A stretch of 64,000 bases of DNA from Patescibacteria group bacterium (lineage in GTDB: Bacteria > Patescibacteriota > Minisyncoccia > Phycocordibacterales > UBA9973): assembly GCA_038063635.1 (NCBI GenBank), contig JBBTUS010000006.1, positions 13,500 to 77,499 on the forward strand, given 5' to 3'. Below are positions 1 through 8,682 of the stretch, in pieces. The position numbers and the translations under genes were made by a program. The first letter of the stretch is position 1. The number at the start of each line of letters is the position of its first letter. The notes under the pieces are model-generated. The model ran no database searches. It was not told where the DNA came from and saw only the letters and a list, made by a program, of their open reading frames with translations.

Positions 1-440
1 ATTTAATGAAAAGAATTGTTGAATTGCGAAATAAAATAAATCCAGAAACTTTACTCATCGGTAACGGAGATGTCGTAGACATTGACGACGGAAGGAGGAA
101 ATGTGAAGAATATGGTTGCGATGGAGTAATGATAGGCCGTGGAGTTTTTGGTAATCCTTGGTTTTTTCTAGAAAAAGAAAGTGCTGATATTTCAGTTGAA
201 GAAAAATTGAAAGTTCTTATAGAGCACACACAAATTTTCGAGAAAGAACTTTCAGGACCTAAACATAAAAGTTTTGCAGTTATGAAAAAACATTTCAAAG
301 CTTATGTAAATGGTTTTGCTGGCGCTAAAGAACTCCGTACAAAATTAATGAAAACAGAAAACAGCAGGGAAGTGCAGAAAATAATTAATGATTTTTTACC
401 CGCCTTCATTAAAATTTCGGCGAGGCAAGAAAAAATTTGA
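1..440 (+). CDS. dusB: tRNA-dihydrouridine synthase (DusB-like), C-terminal part; the 5' end lies outside the window
   Basis: The ORF is open to the window edge. Motifs GNGDV...GCDGVMIGRGVFGNPW are typical of the Dus family TIM barrel and of the C-terminal helical domain. Confidence 0.65.
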   Translation, partial: LMKRIVELRNKINPETLLIGNGDVVDIDDGRRKCEEYGCDGVMIGRGVFGNPWFFLEKESADISVEEKLKVLIEHTQIFEKELSGPKHKSFAVMKKHFKAYVNGFAGAKELRTKLMKTENSREVQKIINDFLPAFIKISARQEKI

Positions 441-493
441 CCTGTCCCGTAGTAAATTTTGATAAAAATTTTACTATGGGGTAAAATAAGCAA

Positions 494-1543
494 ATGCACG
501 ACTTAGCTTTATATCGCAAATATAGGCCAAAAACTTTCAATGAAGTTCTAGGACAAAACCATATTGTGGATGTGCTTGCAAGTTCCATAGATACAAATAA
601 GATTTCTCACGCTTATCTTTTTGTCGGTTCTAGAGGTACTGGAAAAACGTCGGTGGCTAGGATTTTTGCTGAACAAATGGGTGTAAAGGAAAACGACCTA
701 TATGAGATAGATGCGGCTTCAAATCGCAGTATAGACGATATTAGAGCCCTTCGTGACGGGGTAAGAGTCCTGCCATTTGATTCAAAATATAAAATATACA
801 TTATTGACGAGGTGCATATGCTTACAAAAGAAGCTTGGGGCGCATTGCTTAAAACTCTGGAAGAACCGCCAAGGCATGTTATTTTTATTTTAGCTACGAC
901 AGAATTACATAAAGTTCCGGAAACAATAATTTCCAGATGTCAGGTTTTCACTTTTAAAAAAGCGACTGATTCAATTTTGAAAAATATGATTTTGGAAGTT
1001 ACAAAAAAAGAAGGATTTGAATTAGACAATAGTTCGGCTGAACTTTTGGCAATATTGGGCGATGGCTCATATAGAGACGCGCTAGGCACTCTGCAAAAAG
1101 TTTTAAATTTTAGCAAAAGTAAAAAAATTAAAAAAGAGGATGTTGAAAAAATAACTGGCGCGCCTAAAACAACACTCGTCAATAATTTTATTTCCGCAAT
1201 CGCGGAGAAAAAACTGGAAGACGGAATAATGACAATACGAAAAGCATCGCAAGAAAATTTAGATATGAAATTGTATCTGAAACTGATTATTCAAAAATTC
1301 CGAGTAGCGATAATATTAAAATACGCTCCAAAATTGGAAGATGAAATGGCCAAAGACCTTTCTCCGGAAGATTTAACCTTTTTAAAGAAAACTGTAAAAG
1401 AAGACAAAGAGGGAATATTGCGTTCACCTGCGCTGTCTGTATTGCTTGAGGCATATCAGAATATTGACCGAGCATTTATTACCGAACTTCCGCTAGAACT
1501 TGCTTTGGTGGAGATAATAAGTAAAGATAAGAAAGTTGTTTAA
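494..1543 (+). CDS. dnaX: DNA polymerase III subunit gamma/tau (short form, 349 aa)
   Basis: YRPKTFNEVLGQNHIV...AYLFVGSRGTGKTS is a Walker A in the clamp-loader N-terminus. IIDEVHML is the Walker B with DEVH, and the ATT/SRC sensor motifs are present. Confidence 0.9.
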   Translation: MHDLALYRKYRPKTFNEVLGQNHIVDVLASSIDTNKISHAYLFVGSRGTGKTSVARIFAEQMGVKENDLYEIDAASNRSIDDIRALRDGVRVLPFDSKYKIYIIDEVHMLTKEAWGALLKTLEEPPRHVIFILATTELHKVPETIISRCQVFTFKKATDSILKNMILEVTKKEGFELDNSSAELLAILGDGSYRDALGTLQKVLNFSKSKKIKKEDVEKITGAPKTTLVNNFISAIAEKKLEDGIMTIRKASQENLDMKLYLKLIIQKFRVAIILKYAPKLEDEMAKDLSPEDLTFLKKTVKEDKEGILRSPALSVLLEAYQNIDRAFITELPLELALVEIISKDKKVV

Positions 1544-1557
1544 CAAAGACAATATAT

Positions 1558-1629
1558 TGGGGGGTCGTCTAACGGTAGGACAACAGATTTTGGATCTGTT
1601 TATCTAGGTCCGATTCCTAGTCCCCCAGC
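1558..1629 (+). tRNA. tRNA-Gln (anticodon UUG)
   Basis: A hand-folded cloverleaf fits. Acceptor TGGGGGG/TCCCCCA has a U1:A72 pair and a G73 discriminator, as in bacterial tRNA-Gln. D stem GTCT/GGAC carries a GG-containing D loop. Anticodon stem ACAGA/TCTGT has loop TTTTGGA, giving anticodon TTG at 1590-1592. T stem is CTAGG/CCTAG. CCA is not fully encoded (CC only). Confidence 0.7.
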
Positions 1630-1748
1630 CTTGATAAAACTTAGGTCATTTTCACAAAAATTAACGCGCGCTTTTTGCCACAATAACCGCAAAGGTAACC
1701 GCTAAAAAAGTTATTTTCTTTATAAATAATTACCGGACTTTTATGCTT

Positions 1749-2573
1749 TTAATAAAGCTTATTTACTCCAATAACATCGCCGGCGTTCAGGTCGCGTTTT
1801 TTCGTCTCGCCGTTCGCGGCATAGCCGTACATAGTTTCGTTAGAGCAGTTTGAGTTGTAGAGATCGCCCATACCTACCGAATGGCCGAGTTCATGCGTGG
1901 CGATATTTTCAAAATCCATTTTCCCCGGTTCACCCGCCATTGACCAATCATAGGTTGCGTCGTCGTAGACCTGATCCCATTCAACCAACTGGCGGTTGGC
2001 AGGTCGGCCACCAAAAATGCCCCAGACGATGGTTACCGCAATGGTGTTTGGGTCAGAGAGGTCAGCGAAATATACCTCATTTTGATTGTCAAGCGAAACG
2101 GTGTCGGCTACCAAAGTATCGGCAGTTTCGGCACCATTGCCTAAAATATTAAAAGCCGCGGCAGTTTCCCACTTGGCGATTCCCGCGGTTAGCGTGTCAA
2201 AAACAAAATTTGAACCAAGGCTTCTGGTATTGGCGGGATTCACTATCCATGATTCAGGAGTACCTTTCCATTTGGCGTCTGTTGCCAAAAAGCCGTAACA
2301 GGCAGTCGCACCCGTTTTGGCTTCGCTTGATTTTGCGGCTCCGTCCTTGCGGTGGATAATAGCATAACCCTCAACCTGCTTACCGCTTTTTTGATCAAAA
2401 GCCGTGCCCAAGCTATAAAGGTTGTCGGCCACTTGTACCGCGCTCGCCGGTAATTGAAACTTTGCTTTTTGGCTTTTTGCCAGAGCTATCTGCGGCTGGT
2501 ATGCCAGCAAAGCCCCGTCTGTTCCGATTAAAACCGCCACGGCGACCAAAACAACTAAAAGTTTATTTGTCAT
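1749..2573 (-). CDS. secreted zinc metalloprotease (HExxHxxGxxD motif, snapalysin/metzincin-like), with an N-terminal signal peptide
   Basis: The N-terminus is hydrophobic (LLVVLVAVAVLIGT). The C-terminal ATHELGHSVGMGDLY is a zinc-binding motif with Asp as the third ligand. The gene is visibly more GC-rich (about 50%) than the surrounding genome (about 30%). Confidence 0.65.
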   Translation of the reverse strand: MTNKLLVVLVAVAVLIGTDGALLAYQPQIALAKSQKAKFQLPASAVQVADNLYSLGTAFDQKSGKQVEGYAIIHRKDGAAKSSEAKTGATACYGFLATDAKWKGTPESWIVNPANTRSLGSNFVFDTLTAGIAKWETAAAFNILGNGAETADTLVADTVSLDNQNEVYFADLSDPNTIAVTIVWGIFGGRPANRQLVEWDQVYDDATYDWSMAGEPGKMDFENIATHELGHSVGMGDLYNSNCSNETMYGYAANGETKKRDLNAGDVIGVNKLY

Positions 2574-2880
2574 ATTGATTTTTAATTAAGTATAATTTTT
2601 CGACCTTTGTACATCTAATACCAGTATAGCATTTTCTCAACACCCGCAAATAAAGTGCCGGGTGGTTGGGTGGGGTAAATAAGGCGACCGCAGAAGAAAA
2701 CGACGCAGGCCGAATTGAAAATCGCATAGCGGTTTTTTTTAATGAGAAAGCCGTTGCGGAGAAATTTTTGCATAATAAAATTATGGCAGAGGAATATCTA
2801 GACATCTTAAACGAGAGAGGAATATAGGCGTTTATTAGATTATATAAAATAACTTTATTTCTACGACAACTTACAATATA

Positions 2881-2915
2881 AAAAAGCCTTGATATAAATC
2901 AAGGCTTTTTGTTTT
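2881..2915. terminator. bidirectional rho-independent terminator hairpin
   Basis: Stem AAAGCCTTGAT/ATCAAGGCTTT has a 4-nt loop. It is flanked by an A-run on one side and a T-run on the other, so it works on both strands. It lies immediately downstream of the minus-strand gene 2929..3573. Confidence 0.6.
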
Positions 2916-2928
2916 AGAAACTAGATTA

Positions 2929-3573
2929 TTAGCGAGATAACTGCCATCCACCGCTGGGTGTAAAAAAGACAGGACCACCTCCATAACCATTTGGAGCGTT
3001 TTTGATCATTGGATGTGAATAACCATAAGGAATAGATTTTCTTTCCATTGCTTCTTTGTCCATATTTCCACCAAGACAAAACGCTGGTTTTAAAGATGGT
3101 AGAAGAGTTGGCTTATTGTAAACCTCTGAATAAGATGGAATATTTACAGCTAGATTTTTTTTTGGAAGAGAGGATATAAAGTTATTCATTTTATTCCATT
3201 CAGATAACGTTTTCATGGTTTCTTGTAGTTCTTCTTTTTTTCTCTGTTCCTCTCTTTCTTCTATATCTCCTTGAAGCTTTTTAAAAAATTTTACACAATC
3301 AAGAGAATTAAAACCATATTTGTGAGATATAGAAGTATCTTCTGGAATATGCTTTCCAGTCCATCTTCCAGGATTGAATCCTGTAATTCCATCTTGTTTA
3401 AAAATTCCTCTTACCGCATCACGTTCATCTTGGTGGATGATGTCGTGTACAATTTTAGGAATAAGTTCTGTTGGTCCAGCTAATCTGCCAGGATGGTGGT
3501 CTTCTTCCTCATCCATACAATTTTCCATACCTGCAACATGATTCTTGCAGTGTATTGCCCAAAAATTTTTCAT
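2929..3573 (-). CDS. hypothetical protein (214 aa), with a His/Cys-rich N-terminus and a Gly-rich C-terminus
   Basis: The ORF is long and followed by the terminator. I recognise no family. Confidence 0.45.
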   Translation of the reverse strand: MKNFWAIHCKNHVAGMENCMDEEEDHHPGRLAGPTELIPKIVHDIIHQDERDAVRGIFKQDGITGFNPGRWTGKHIPEDTSISHKYGFNSLDCVKFFKKLQGDIEEREEQRKKEELQETMKTLSEWNKMNNFISSLPKKNLAVNIPSYSEVYNKPTLLPSLKPAFCLGGNMDKEAMERKSIPYGYSHPMIKNAPNGYGGGPVFFTPSGGWQLSR

Positions 3574-3821
3574 AATAATTTATTTTTTAAGTTTTCAAAT
3601 TACATATTTTGTATTCATTTTACCATATACTTAAGTTTTGTAAATAGGCGATAAATAGTAACTATTTCTACTGTAATAAAACCATAAATCCGGTAGTAGA
3701 ATTTCAAATTATTGATTAGTTCTTTCCCGTATTTATTTTTTAATGTAGTTTATGGATTATTAATAATAAAGTTTTAAGTTGTTTTTATGAATCAATAAAG
3801 GACAATTTGAAATTTCACTAA

Positions 3822-3995
3822 CCGGATGAATAAACAAAAAATTGTTTTTATAATACTTCGTTTGGTTATGGGTTTTATGTTTCTTTGGGCGTTTTTTGAT
3901 AAACTTTTTGGCTTGGGATTTGCGACAACCCCTAATCCTCTAACCCCTAACCCCCAATCCTCTAATCTCTAATTCGCGCGAATAGGCGAATAGAT
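3822..3995 (+). repeat. left copy of a direct repeat (about 170 bp, internally deleted) flanking the fic cassette; the right copy is 4966..5478
   Basis: Long identical nucleotide runs were seen by eye at both ends (the start of doxX, and the tail ending ...ttcgcgcgaataggcgaatag). Confidence 0.7.
3826..3972 (+). pseudogene. truncated duplicate of the doxX-like gene at 4970..5422 (5' 110 nt fused to the 3' tail region; 48 codons)
   Basis: Nucleotide stretch 3826-3940 is nearly identical to 4970-5084 (MNKQKIVFIILRLVMGFMFLWAFFDK versus MHKQKIVFIILRLVMGFMFLWAFFDK). It is joined to a tail resembling 5408-5478 (ccaatcctctaatctctaattcgcgcgaataggcgaatag). Confidence 0.6.
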
Positions 3996-4123
3996 AAAAT
4001 AAGAAAAATTAAGTAAAAAAATTCAACGACAGTACATATTTGATTTTAATATATAAATATGTTATAATATATAATGTGTAATACATATTTGATTGGTTTT
4101 GTTATACTTAATATAATAATAAA

Positions 4124-4336
4124 ATGTTAAAAAATCTTATAAAAAGAGACAAAAATATGTCTAGATTGGTTGATCTTCAATTAGAAGCAAGTAGGTTGCC
4201 GGATCTTTCTCATATCGAAAAAACTAAATTTGACCATCTTCTGGCTATTGATCAACTTTACTACTCAAGTAAATTAGAAGGATCTCACTTAACAAAAAGT
4301 GGGCTTGAGCAGGCTATACATGGGAAAAATATTTAG
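4124..4336 (+). CDS. Fic N-terminal segment carrying the inhibitory (S/T)xxxE(G/N) motif (SSKLEGSHLT); either a VbhA/FicA-like antitoxin or the frameshifted N-terminus of a class II Fic
   Basis: The motif SKLEG lies upstream of a Fic-motif ORF. It overlaps the next ORF by 38 nt in a different frame. An A5 run at the junction (gggaaaaat) could be a slippage or sequencing site. Confidence 0.5.
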   Translation: MLKNLIKRDKNMSRLVDLQLEASRLPDLSHIEKTKFDHLLAIDQLYYSSKLEGSHLTKSGLEQAIHGKNI

Positions 4337-4967
4337 TAGACCTAGGAACGAAAAAGAGCTGCAGGAGCGCGAAGCTGCTGGACTTTGGAGAGCACAAGCA
4401 CTTGCAAAAAGTATTGGAGAAAGTAAAGAAAAAATAACTCTTTCAGTCATTTTGCGTATACATAAAATTTTTCTAGAAGATGCTAATCCAGAAATTGCTG
4501 GAAAGTTTAGAGTAATAGGTCAAGATATTAAAAAACTTACCTGTATGATACCTCCACCCGGTTTTGTAGTGCAAGAGGAAATGTATAAATTTTGGAGAGA
4601 ACTCGATTCTCGTCTTTCAAAAGTTCCTCCTATGCTAAAAGGAAAGAAAATATCTAAAACGTCCTTAAGAAAAAGAAATGAGAAAGTTATTAATCTCGCT
4701 GCATGGACACAATATCAGATTACTCGTATTCATCCTTTCTGTGAAGGTAACGGTCGCATGGCAAGATTGATGACAAATTTTATTTTATGGCGTTATAAAT
4801 TTTTACCTACAGATATTAAATACGAAGGCGAAAACAAGCAAAAATATTTAAAATCTCTTTGTGAAATAGATTATACTGGTGATTATAGAATGTTAGTTCA
4901 GCTTATTATAAAAGGTATGACAGCATCTTATAAAAGACTTATTAAAAAGCAAAAGGGGAAATTTTAA
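4299..4967 (+). CDS. fic: Fic family protein (AMPylase/toxin core) with the canonical HPFxEGNGRxxR motif
   Basis: IHPFCEGNGRMARL matches the Fic active-site motif HxFx(D/E)GNGRxxR. Confidence 0.8.
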   Translation: MGLSRLYMGKIFSRPRNEKELQEREAAGLWRAQALAKSIGESKEKITLSVILRIHKIFLEDANPEIAGKFRVIGQDIKKLTCMIPPPGFVVQEEMYKFWRELDSRLSKVPPMLKGKKISKTSLRKRNEKVINLAAWTQYQITRIHPFCEGNGRMARLMTNFILWRYKFLPTDIKYEGENKQKYLKSLCEIDYTGDYRMLVQLIIKGMTASYKRLIKKQKGKF

Positions 4968-5478
4968 CCATGCACAAACAAAAAATAGTTTTTATAATAC
5001 TTCGTTTGGTTATGGGCTTTATGTTTCTTTGGGCATTTTTTGATAAAGTTTTTGGCTTAGGATTTGCGACAACTGCAGACAAAGCATGGATTAACGGGGT
5101 ATCGCCAACAGCTGGTTTTCTTTCTTTCGCGACAGAAGGTCCTTTCGTTAATATATTTCACGCCCTCGCCGGTGTTGCTGTTGTTGATTGGCTATTTATG
5201 CTCGGACTTTTGTTTGCAGGACTAACTCTTGTATTTAATAAATTTATAAAATGGGGATGTATTGCCGGATGTTTAATGCTATTTTTTATGTATTTGTCTT
5301 TGCTCTGGCCGGAAAATAATCCAATTATTGATGAACATATCGTTTATATTTTAGTACTTATACTAATCGCTTTTAATAATAAAAATAACATCGAACAAAA
5401 ACCCACCACCCTTAATCTTTAATCTTTAATCCCCAACCCCCAATCCTCTAATCTCTAATTCGCGCGAATAGGCGAATA
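4966..5478 (+). repeat. right (complete) copy of the direct repeat pair bracketing the fic cassette
   Basis: Its start (4971-5084) and tail (5408-5478) match 3822-3995. Confidence 0.7.
4970..5422 (+). CDS. DoxX-family small membrane protein (four TM helices)
   Basis: At 150 aa and hydrophobic, it has a DoxX-like topology. The N-terminus LRLVMGFMFLWAFFDK is typical of DoxX/DoxD-like proteins. Confidence 0.5.
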   Translation: MHKQKIVFIILRLVMGFMFLWAFFDKVFGLGFATTADKAWINGVSPTAGFLSFATEGPFVNIFHALAGVAVVDWLFMLGLLFAGLTLVFNKFIKWGCIAGCLMLFFMYLSLLWPENNPIIDEHIVYILVLILIAFNNKNNIEQKPTTLNL

Positions 5479-5508
5479 GTTATTATCTAAAGTTTAATAT
5501 AATAAAAA

Positions 5509-6237
5509 ATGAAACTCAAAATTTTATCTTGGAATATATGGGCTGGAACTTATTTAGATGGGGTAATAGAATTTTTAAAAAACATTGATGCTGATATTAT
5601 TGCTCTTCAAGAGGTAGTAGAGGATGACAGAAGAAATATAATAGAAATTATTGCAAAAAAATTAGGGTATGAATACGCTCATGCAGTTGATATGAACATG
5701 CCATTAAAATTTCTTCCTGGACAAAAAAGTGACGATAAAAGAACTATAAAATATGGTAATGCAATTTTAAGTAAATATAAAATTACAAATAGCAATATAT
5801 ATGAGTTAAGTAAAGTAAAAGAATTTAGACGATTGATAATAGAAGTTGATATTAAAATTGAAGATAAAACTCTTCATGTTTTTAGCGTTCATTTGAAGCA
5901 TAATCATCAAAAACCATCGGAAATACAAGACTTGGAAGCTGAAAATTTACTAAAACTTTTATCTGAAAAAAATACAATTGTGATGGGAGATTTTAATGCC
6001 TTGCCTGAAGACACTACAATCAAAAAAATGAGTAAGACATTAATAAACACTGAAAAAAATTCAGCTACCCCAACATGGTCAGTTTATAAAGAAGGATGTA
6101 CTGGTTGTCTTGTTGAAGATATTAAATATAAATTAGATTATATATTCACAAGTAAAGATATAAAATCAGATTTTTTTAAGGTTTATGAATCAAAAAGCTC
6201 TGACCATTTGCCCATTTCAGCTGAAATAGAAATATGA
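5509..6237 (+). CDS. endonuclease/exonuclease/phosphatase (EEP) family protein
   Basis: LKILSWNIWAG...DADIIALQEV...GDFN...SDHLPI are the conserved EEP catalytic motifs. Confidence 0.75.
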   Translation: MKLKILSWNIWAGTYLDGVIEFLKNIDADIIALQEVVEDDRRNIIEIIAKKLGYEYAHAVDMNMPLKFLPGQKSDDKRTIKYGNAILSKYKITNSNIYELSKVKEFRRLIIEVDIKIEDKTLHVFSVHLKHNHQKPSEIQDLEAENLLKLLSEKNTIVMGDFNALPEDTTIKKMSKTLINTEKNSATPTWSVYKEGCTGCLVEDIKYKLDYIFTSKDIKSDFFKVYESKSSDHLPISAEIEI

Positions 6238-6262
6238 GTAATAATTTTGCTATAATAAACTT

Positions 6263-6838
6263 ATGGAAAACAAATTAAATTGCATTATTATTCATGGATG
6301 TCCTTCAAGCAAAGAATCAACAATGAATCCGGAAACAAGGACATATGATAAGCATTGGATTCCTTGGATTAAAAAAGAATTATTGCTGAAGGGGATTAAA
6401 ACTGAAACTCCATCAATGCCAAATCCGTGGGAGCCGAATTATGAAGCTTTTAAGAAAGAATTTGGAAAATATCAAGTTTCCGAAAATACCATTTTAATAG
6501 GACATAGTTGCGGATGCGCTTTTTTGGTTCGTTGGCTAGGCGAATTAAAGCAAAAAATTAAAAAGTTGATTTTAGTCGCGCCTTGGAAAATTCCAAGTGA
6601 AAATGATATTTCTAGAGAAAATTTTTATATGTTTCCAATAGATGAAACTATTAATTCTCGCGTAGAAGGGATTGTTATATTTACATCAGATAACGAAAGG
6701 GAAGATGGAAAGAAAAGTGTAGAAATTTACAAAAAAAGCCTTAATAGTAAAATTATAGAACTAAAAGGAAAAGGGCACTATAAATACAGTGATATGGGAA
6801 CTGAAGAATTTCCAGAATTACTAGAGGAGATTAAATAA
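6263..6838 (+). CDS. alpha/beta serine hydrolase (RBBP9/YdeN-like)
   Basis: IIIHGCPSS...LIGHSCGC is the GxSxG nucleophile elbow. Its size matches YdeN-type serine hydrolases. Confidence 0.5.
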   Translation: MENKLNCIIIHGCPSSKESTMNPETRTYDKHWIPWIKKELLLKGIKTETPSMPNPWEPNYEAFKKEFGKYQVSENTILIGHSCGCAFLVRWLGELKQKIKKLILVAPWKIPSENDISRENFYMFPIDETINSRVEGIVIFTSDNEREDGKKSVEIYKKSLNSKIIELKGKGHYKYSDMGTEEFPELLEEIK

Positions 6839-6886
6839 TTTTAGCCTCGCCCGGCTCGCTCGTAGGTCTATGGCCGAGGGAAAAAT

Positions 6887-7774
6887 TTATCTATGAAATG
6901 GCAATTCAATAAAGAAAGTAGTTCCTTTATTTCTGCCTTTTGACTTGGCATATATCTTGCCATGATGTCGAGCAATAATTTGCCTTGAAAGGTTAAGCCT
7001 TATGCCCATACCGTCCGGATGAGATAATACGGCGTTTTTAGCTCGGAAAAATCGTGAAAAGATTCTTATTTTATCATGAAAGCTCAATCCCGGACCATCG
7101 TCTCTAACGCTCAAAATTAGTTTATTCTTATTAAAAATACAATCAATAAAAATTTGACCATTGGCTGGCGTGTAAATAATCGCATTTTCAATAATAGAAT
7201 CTACAACAAAAGAAATTTTTTTTAAATCAGCCGTGAGCATGGGAATATCCTTAAAAGTTGGAACTTGAAATGTCAAACTTTTTTTATTTATTTCCTCCCG
7301 ATATTTTACAATTGATTTTTCAACAATATCGCGCAGGGAAGTGGCTTGAAAAATATAGCCTGTTTTATCGTCTATATTTTTTATTCCTGCAATCAAATCC
7401 ACTATTTCAATCAATCTGCTCGTGGCGTTATTTAAACTTTGTAAATAGGTAAGTCTTTCGTTCTGAGATAAGTCTTTTTCCAATTCTTTTGAAATCCAAT
7501 TTATTCTGGTTAATGGAGTACGAAATGTATGATTTACTATTGTGGTAAATTCATGTTCAATTTGATTTTTATTTGAGTATAATTCTATATAGCTATATCC
7601 TATATATAAAATAATTATAAATACAATAAGAGGAATAAACCAAACGGGCAAATTAAATAACGCGGTAAGATACTCGTGCCGTAACGCAAGATAAAATATT
7701 ACAAATAAAAACAGTATAATGAAAAAGATTTTTACTAATTGCCGGAAGTTTTTCATATCTATATTATAACTCAT
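6887..7774 (-). CDS. sensor histidine kinase (two N-terminal TM helices, HisKA and HATPase_c domains), with no adjacent response regulator
   Basis: The H-box is NHTFRTPLTRI, the G1 is RDDGPGL, and the G2 is GMGIRLNLSRQI. Confidence 0.8.
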   Translation of the reverse strand: MSYNIDMKNFRQLVKIFFIILFLFVIFYLALRHEYLTALFNLPVWFIPLIVFIIILYIGYSYIELYSNKNQIEHEFTTIVNHTFRTPLTRINWISKELEKDLSQNERLTYLQSLNNATSRLIEIVDLIAGIKNIDDKTGYIFQATSLRDIVEKSIVKYREEINKKSLTFQVPTFKDIPMLTADLKKISFVVDSIIENAIIYTPANGQIFIDCIFNKNKLILSVRDDGPGLSFHDKIRIFSRFFRAKNAVLSHPDGMGIRLNLSRQIIARHHGKIYAKSKGRNKGTTFFIELPFHR

Positions 7775-7810
7775 TATTATTTTAACTCAAAATTATGTTA
7801 TAATATCAAT

Positions 7811-8647
7811 GTGACGAAAAAATATATCGGAATTATTTTATTTTTAATACTCTTTTTGACCCCTTTTTACTTGACTTTTGCGCAAACTTCAAATGCCGGC
7901 TTTATACCCGGAAATATTTGGTATTCTAAGGATCCTTTTGAAGAAGGAGATAAAATAAAGATATATACCTTAATCTACAATCCTGATTCAAGGCAACTGT
8001 CAGGCACAGTATTTTTTTTTGATAAAACTATATTTTTAGGAAGCAAAAGTTTTACTGTTGCAGGAAAGGGAATTCAAGATGTTTCCATAGATTGGACAGC
8101 GACAATTGGCGACCATACAATCTTTGGACAAATTCAAGACGCAAAATTTTTAACGGCAAATAATATTTATCAAAACGCATCCTTATCTGAAACAAAAACA
8201 TCGGAAAGCAAGCGCAGTGTTTCAAAAAAAATAACTTTAAACACAATTGGAGAAAATATAAGTGATTCAAATACCGTTTCAAATATTCAAAATTTTGTAA
8301 AAGAAAATACTCCAGAAGTTGTTTCCAAAACAATAGACACAACTGTAAGCTCGGTTGAAGAATTTCGAGAAAAAATAGGAACTTTTTCAGAAAATAAAAA
8401 AGAAGAAGTGAAAAAAGAGATAAAAATCATAGAAGATAGTAAAATTACGCAAAATTCTGATGCAACAAAAAAAGATACTGAAATTAATCCAATAAATCAA
8501 AATACATTTTTAAAACCATTTAAATATGCAGAACTTTTCGCTTTGACTGTATTTTCAGCTGTTTTCAACAATAAATACATATTTTATGGCCTAATAGTTC
8601 TAATCATTTTCTTTGTTATACGCTATATTATACGCAAGATTTTTTAA
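7811..8647 (+). CDS. hypothetical exported/membrane-anchored protein
   Basis: The ORF track starts at 7739 and overlaps the kinase. The GTG at 7811 gives MTKKYIGIILFLILFLTPFYLTFAQT, a signal-peptide-like start, and is preceded by a TTATAAT -10 box. The C-terminus has a TM helix. Confidence 0.45.
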   Translation: MTKKYIGIILFLILFLTPFYLTFAQTSNAGFIPGNIWYSKDPFEEGDKIKIYTLIYNPDSRQLSGTVFFFDKTIFLGSKSFTVAGKGIQDVSIDWTATIGDHTIFGQIQDAKFLTANNIYQNASLSETKTSESKRSVSKKITLNTIGENISDSNTVSNIQNFVKENTPEVVSKTIDTTVSSVEEFREKIGTFSENKKEEVKKEIKIIEDSKITQNSDATKKDTEINPINQNTFLKPFKYAELFALTVFSAVFNNKYIFYGLIVLIIFFVIRYIIRKIF

Positions 8648-8682
8648 TTTGTAATTTTGCTTAAAATGTGTAATATAAAGCT

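Noticed and set aside
1850-2298. Plus-strand ORFs 1850..2152 and 2086..2298, Arg/Pro-rich and antisense to the metalloprotease gene.
   Set aside because: They lie entirely inside the GC-rich protease gene on the opposite strand. Long antisense ORFs are expected in GC-rich DNA, and they show no motifs and no ribosome-binding context.
2563-2805. Minus-strand 80-aa ORF in the GC-rich leader upstream of the metalloprotease.
   Set aside because: It overlaps the protease start. The low-complexity composition (Ser/Ala/Leu) is typical of a chance ORF in a GC-rich leader. It is more likely non-coding 5' UTR or regulatory RNA.
6843-6880. A possible GC-rich terminator hairpin between the convergent hydrolase and histidine kinase genes (cctcgcccggctcgctcgtaggtctatggccgaggg).
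   Set aside because: The stem I can draw (CCTCG/CGAGG) is short, with a large irregular loop and no clear U-tract. It is not convincing enough to call a terminator, although the GC richness is unusual for this genome.
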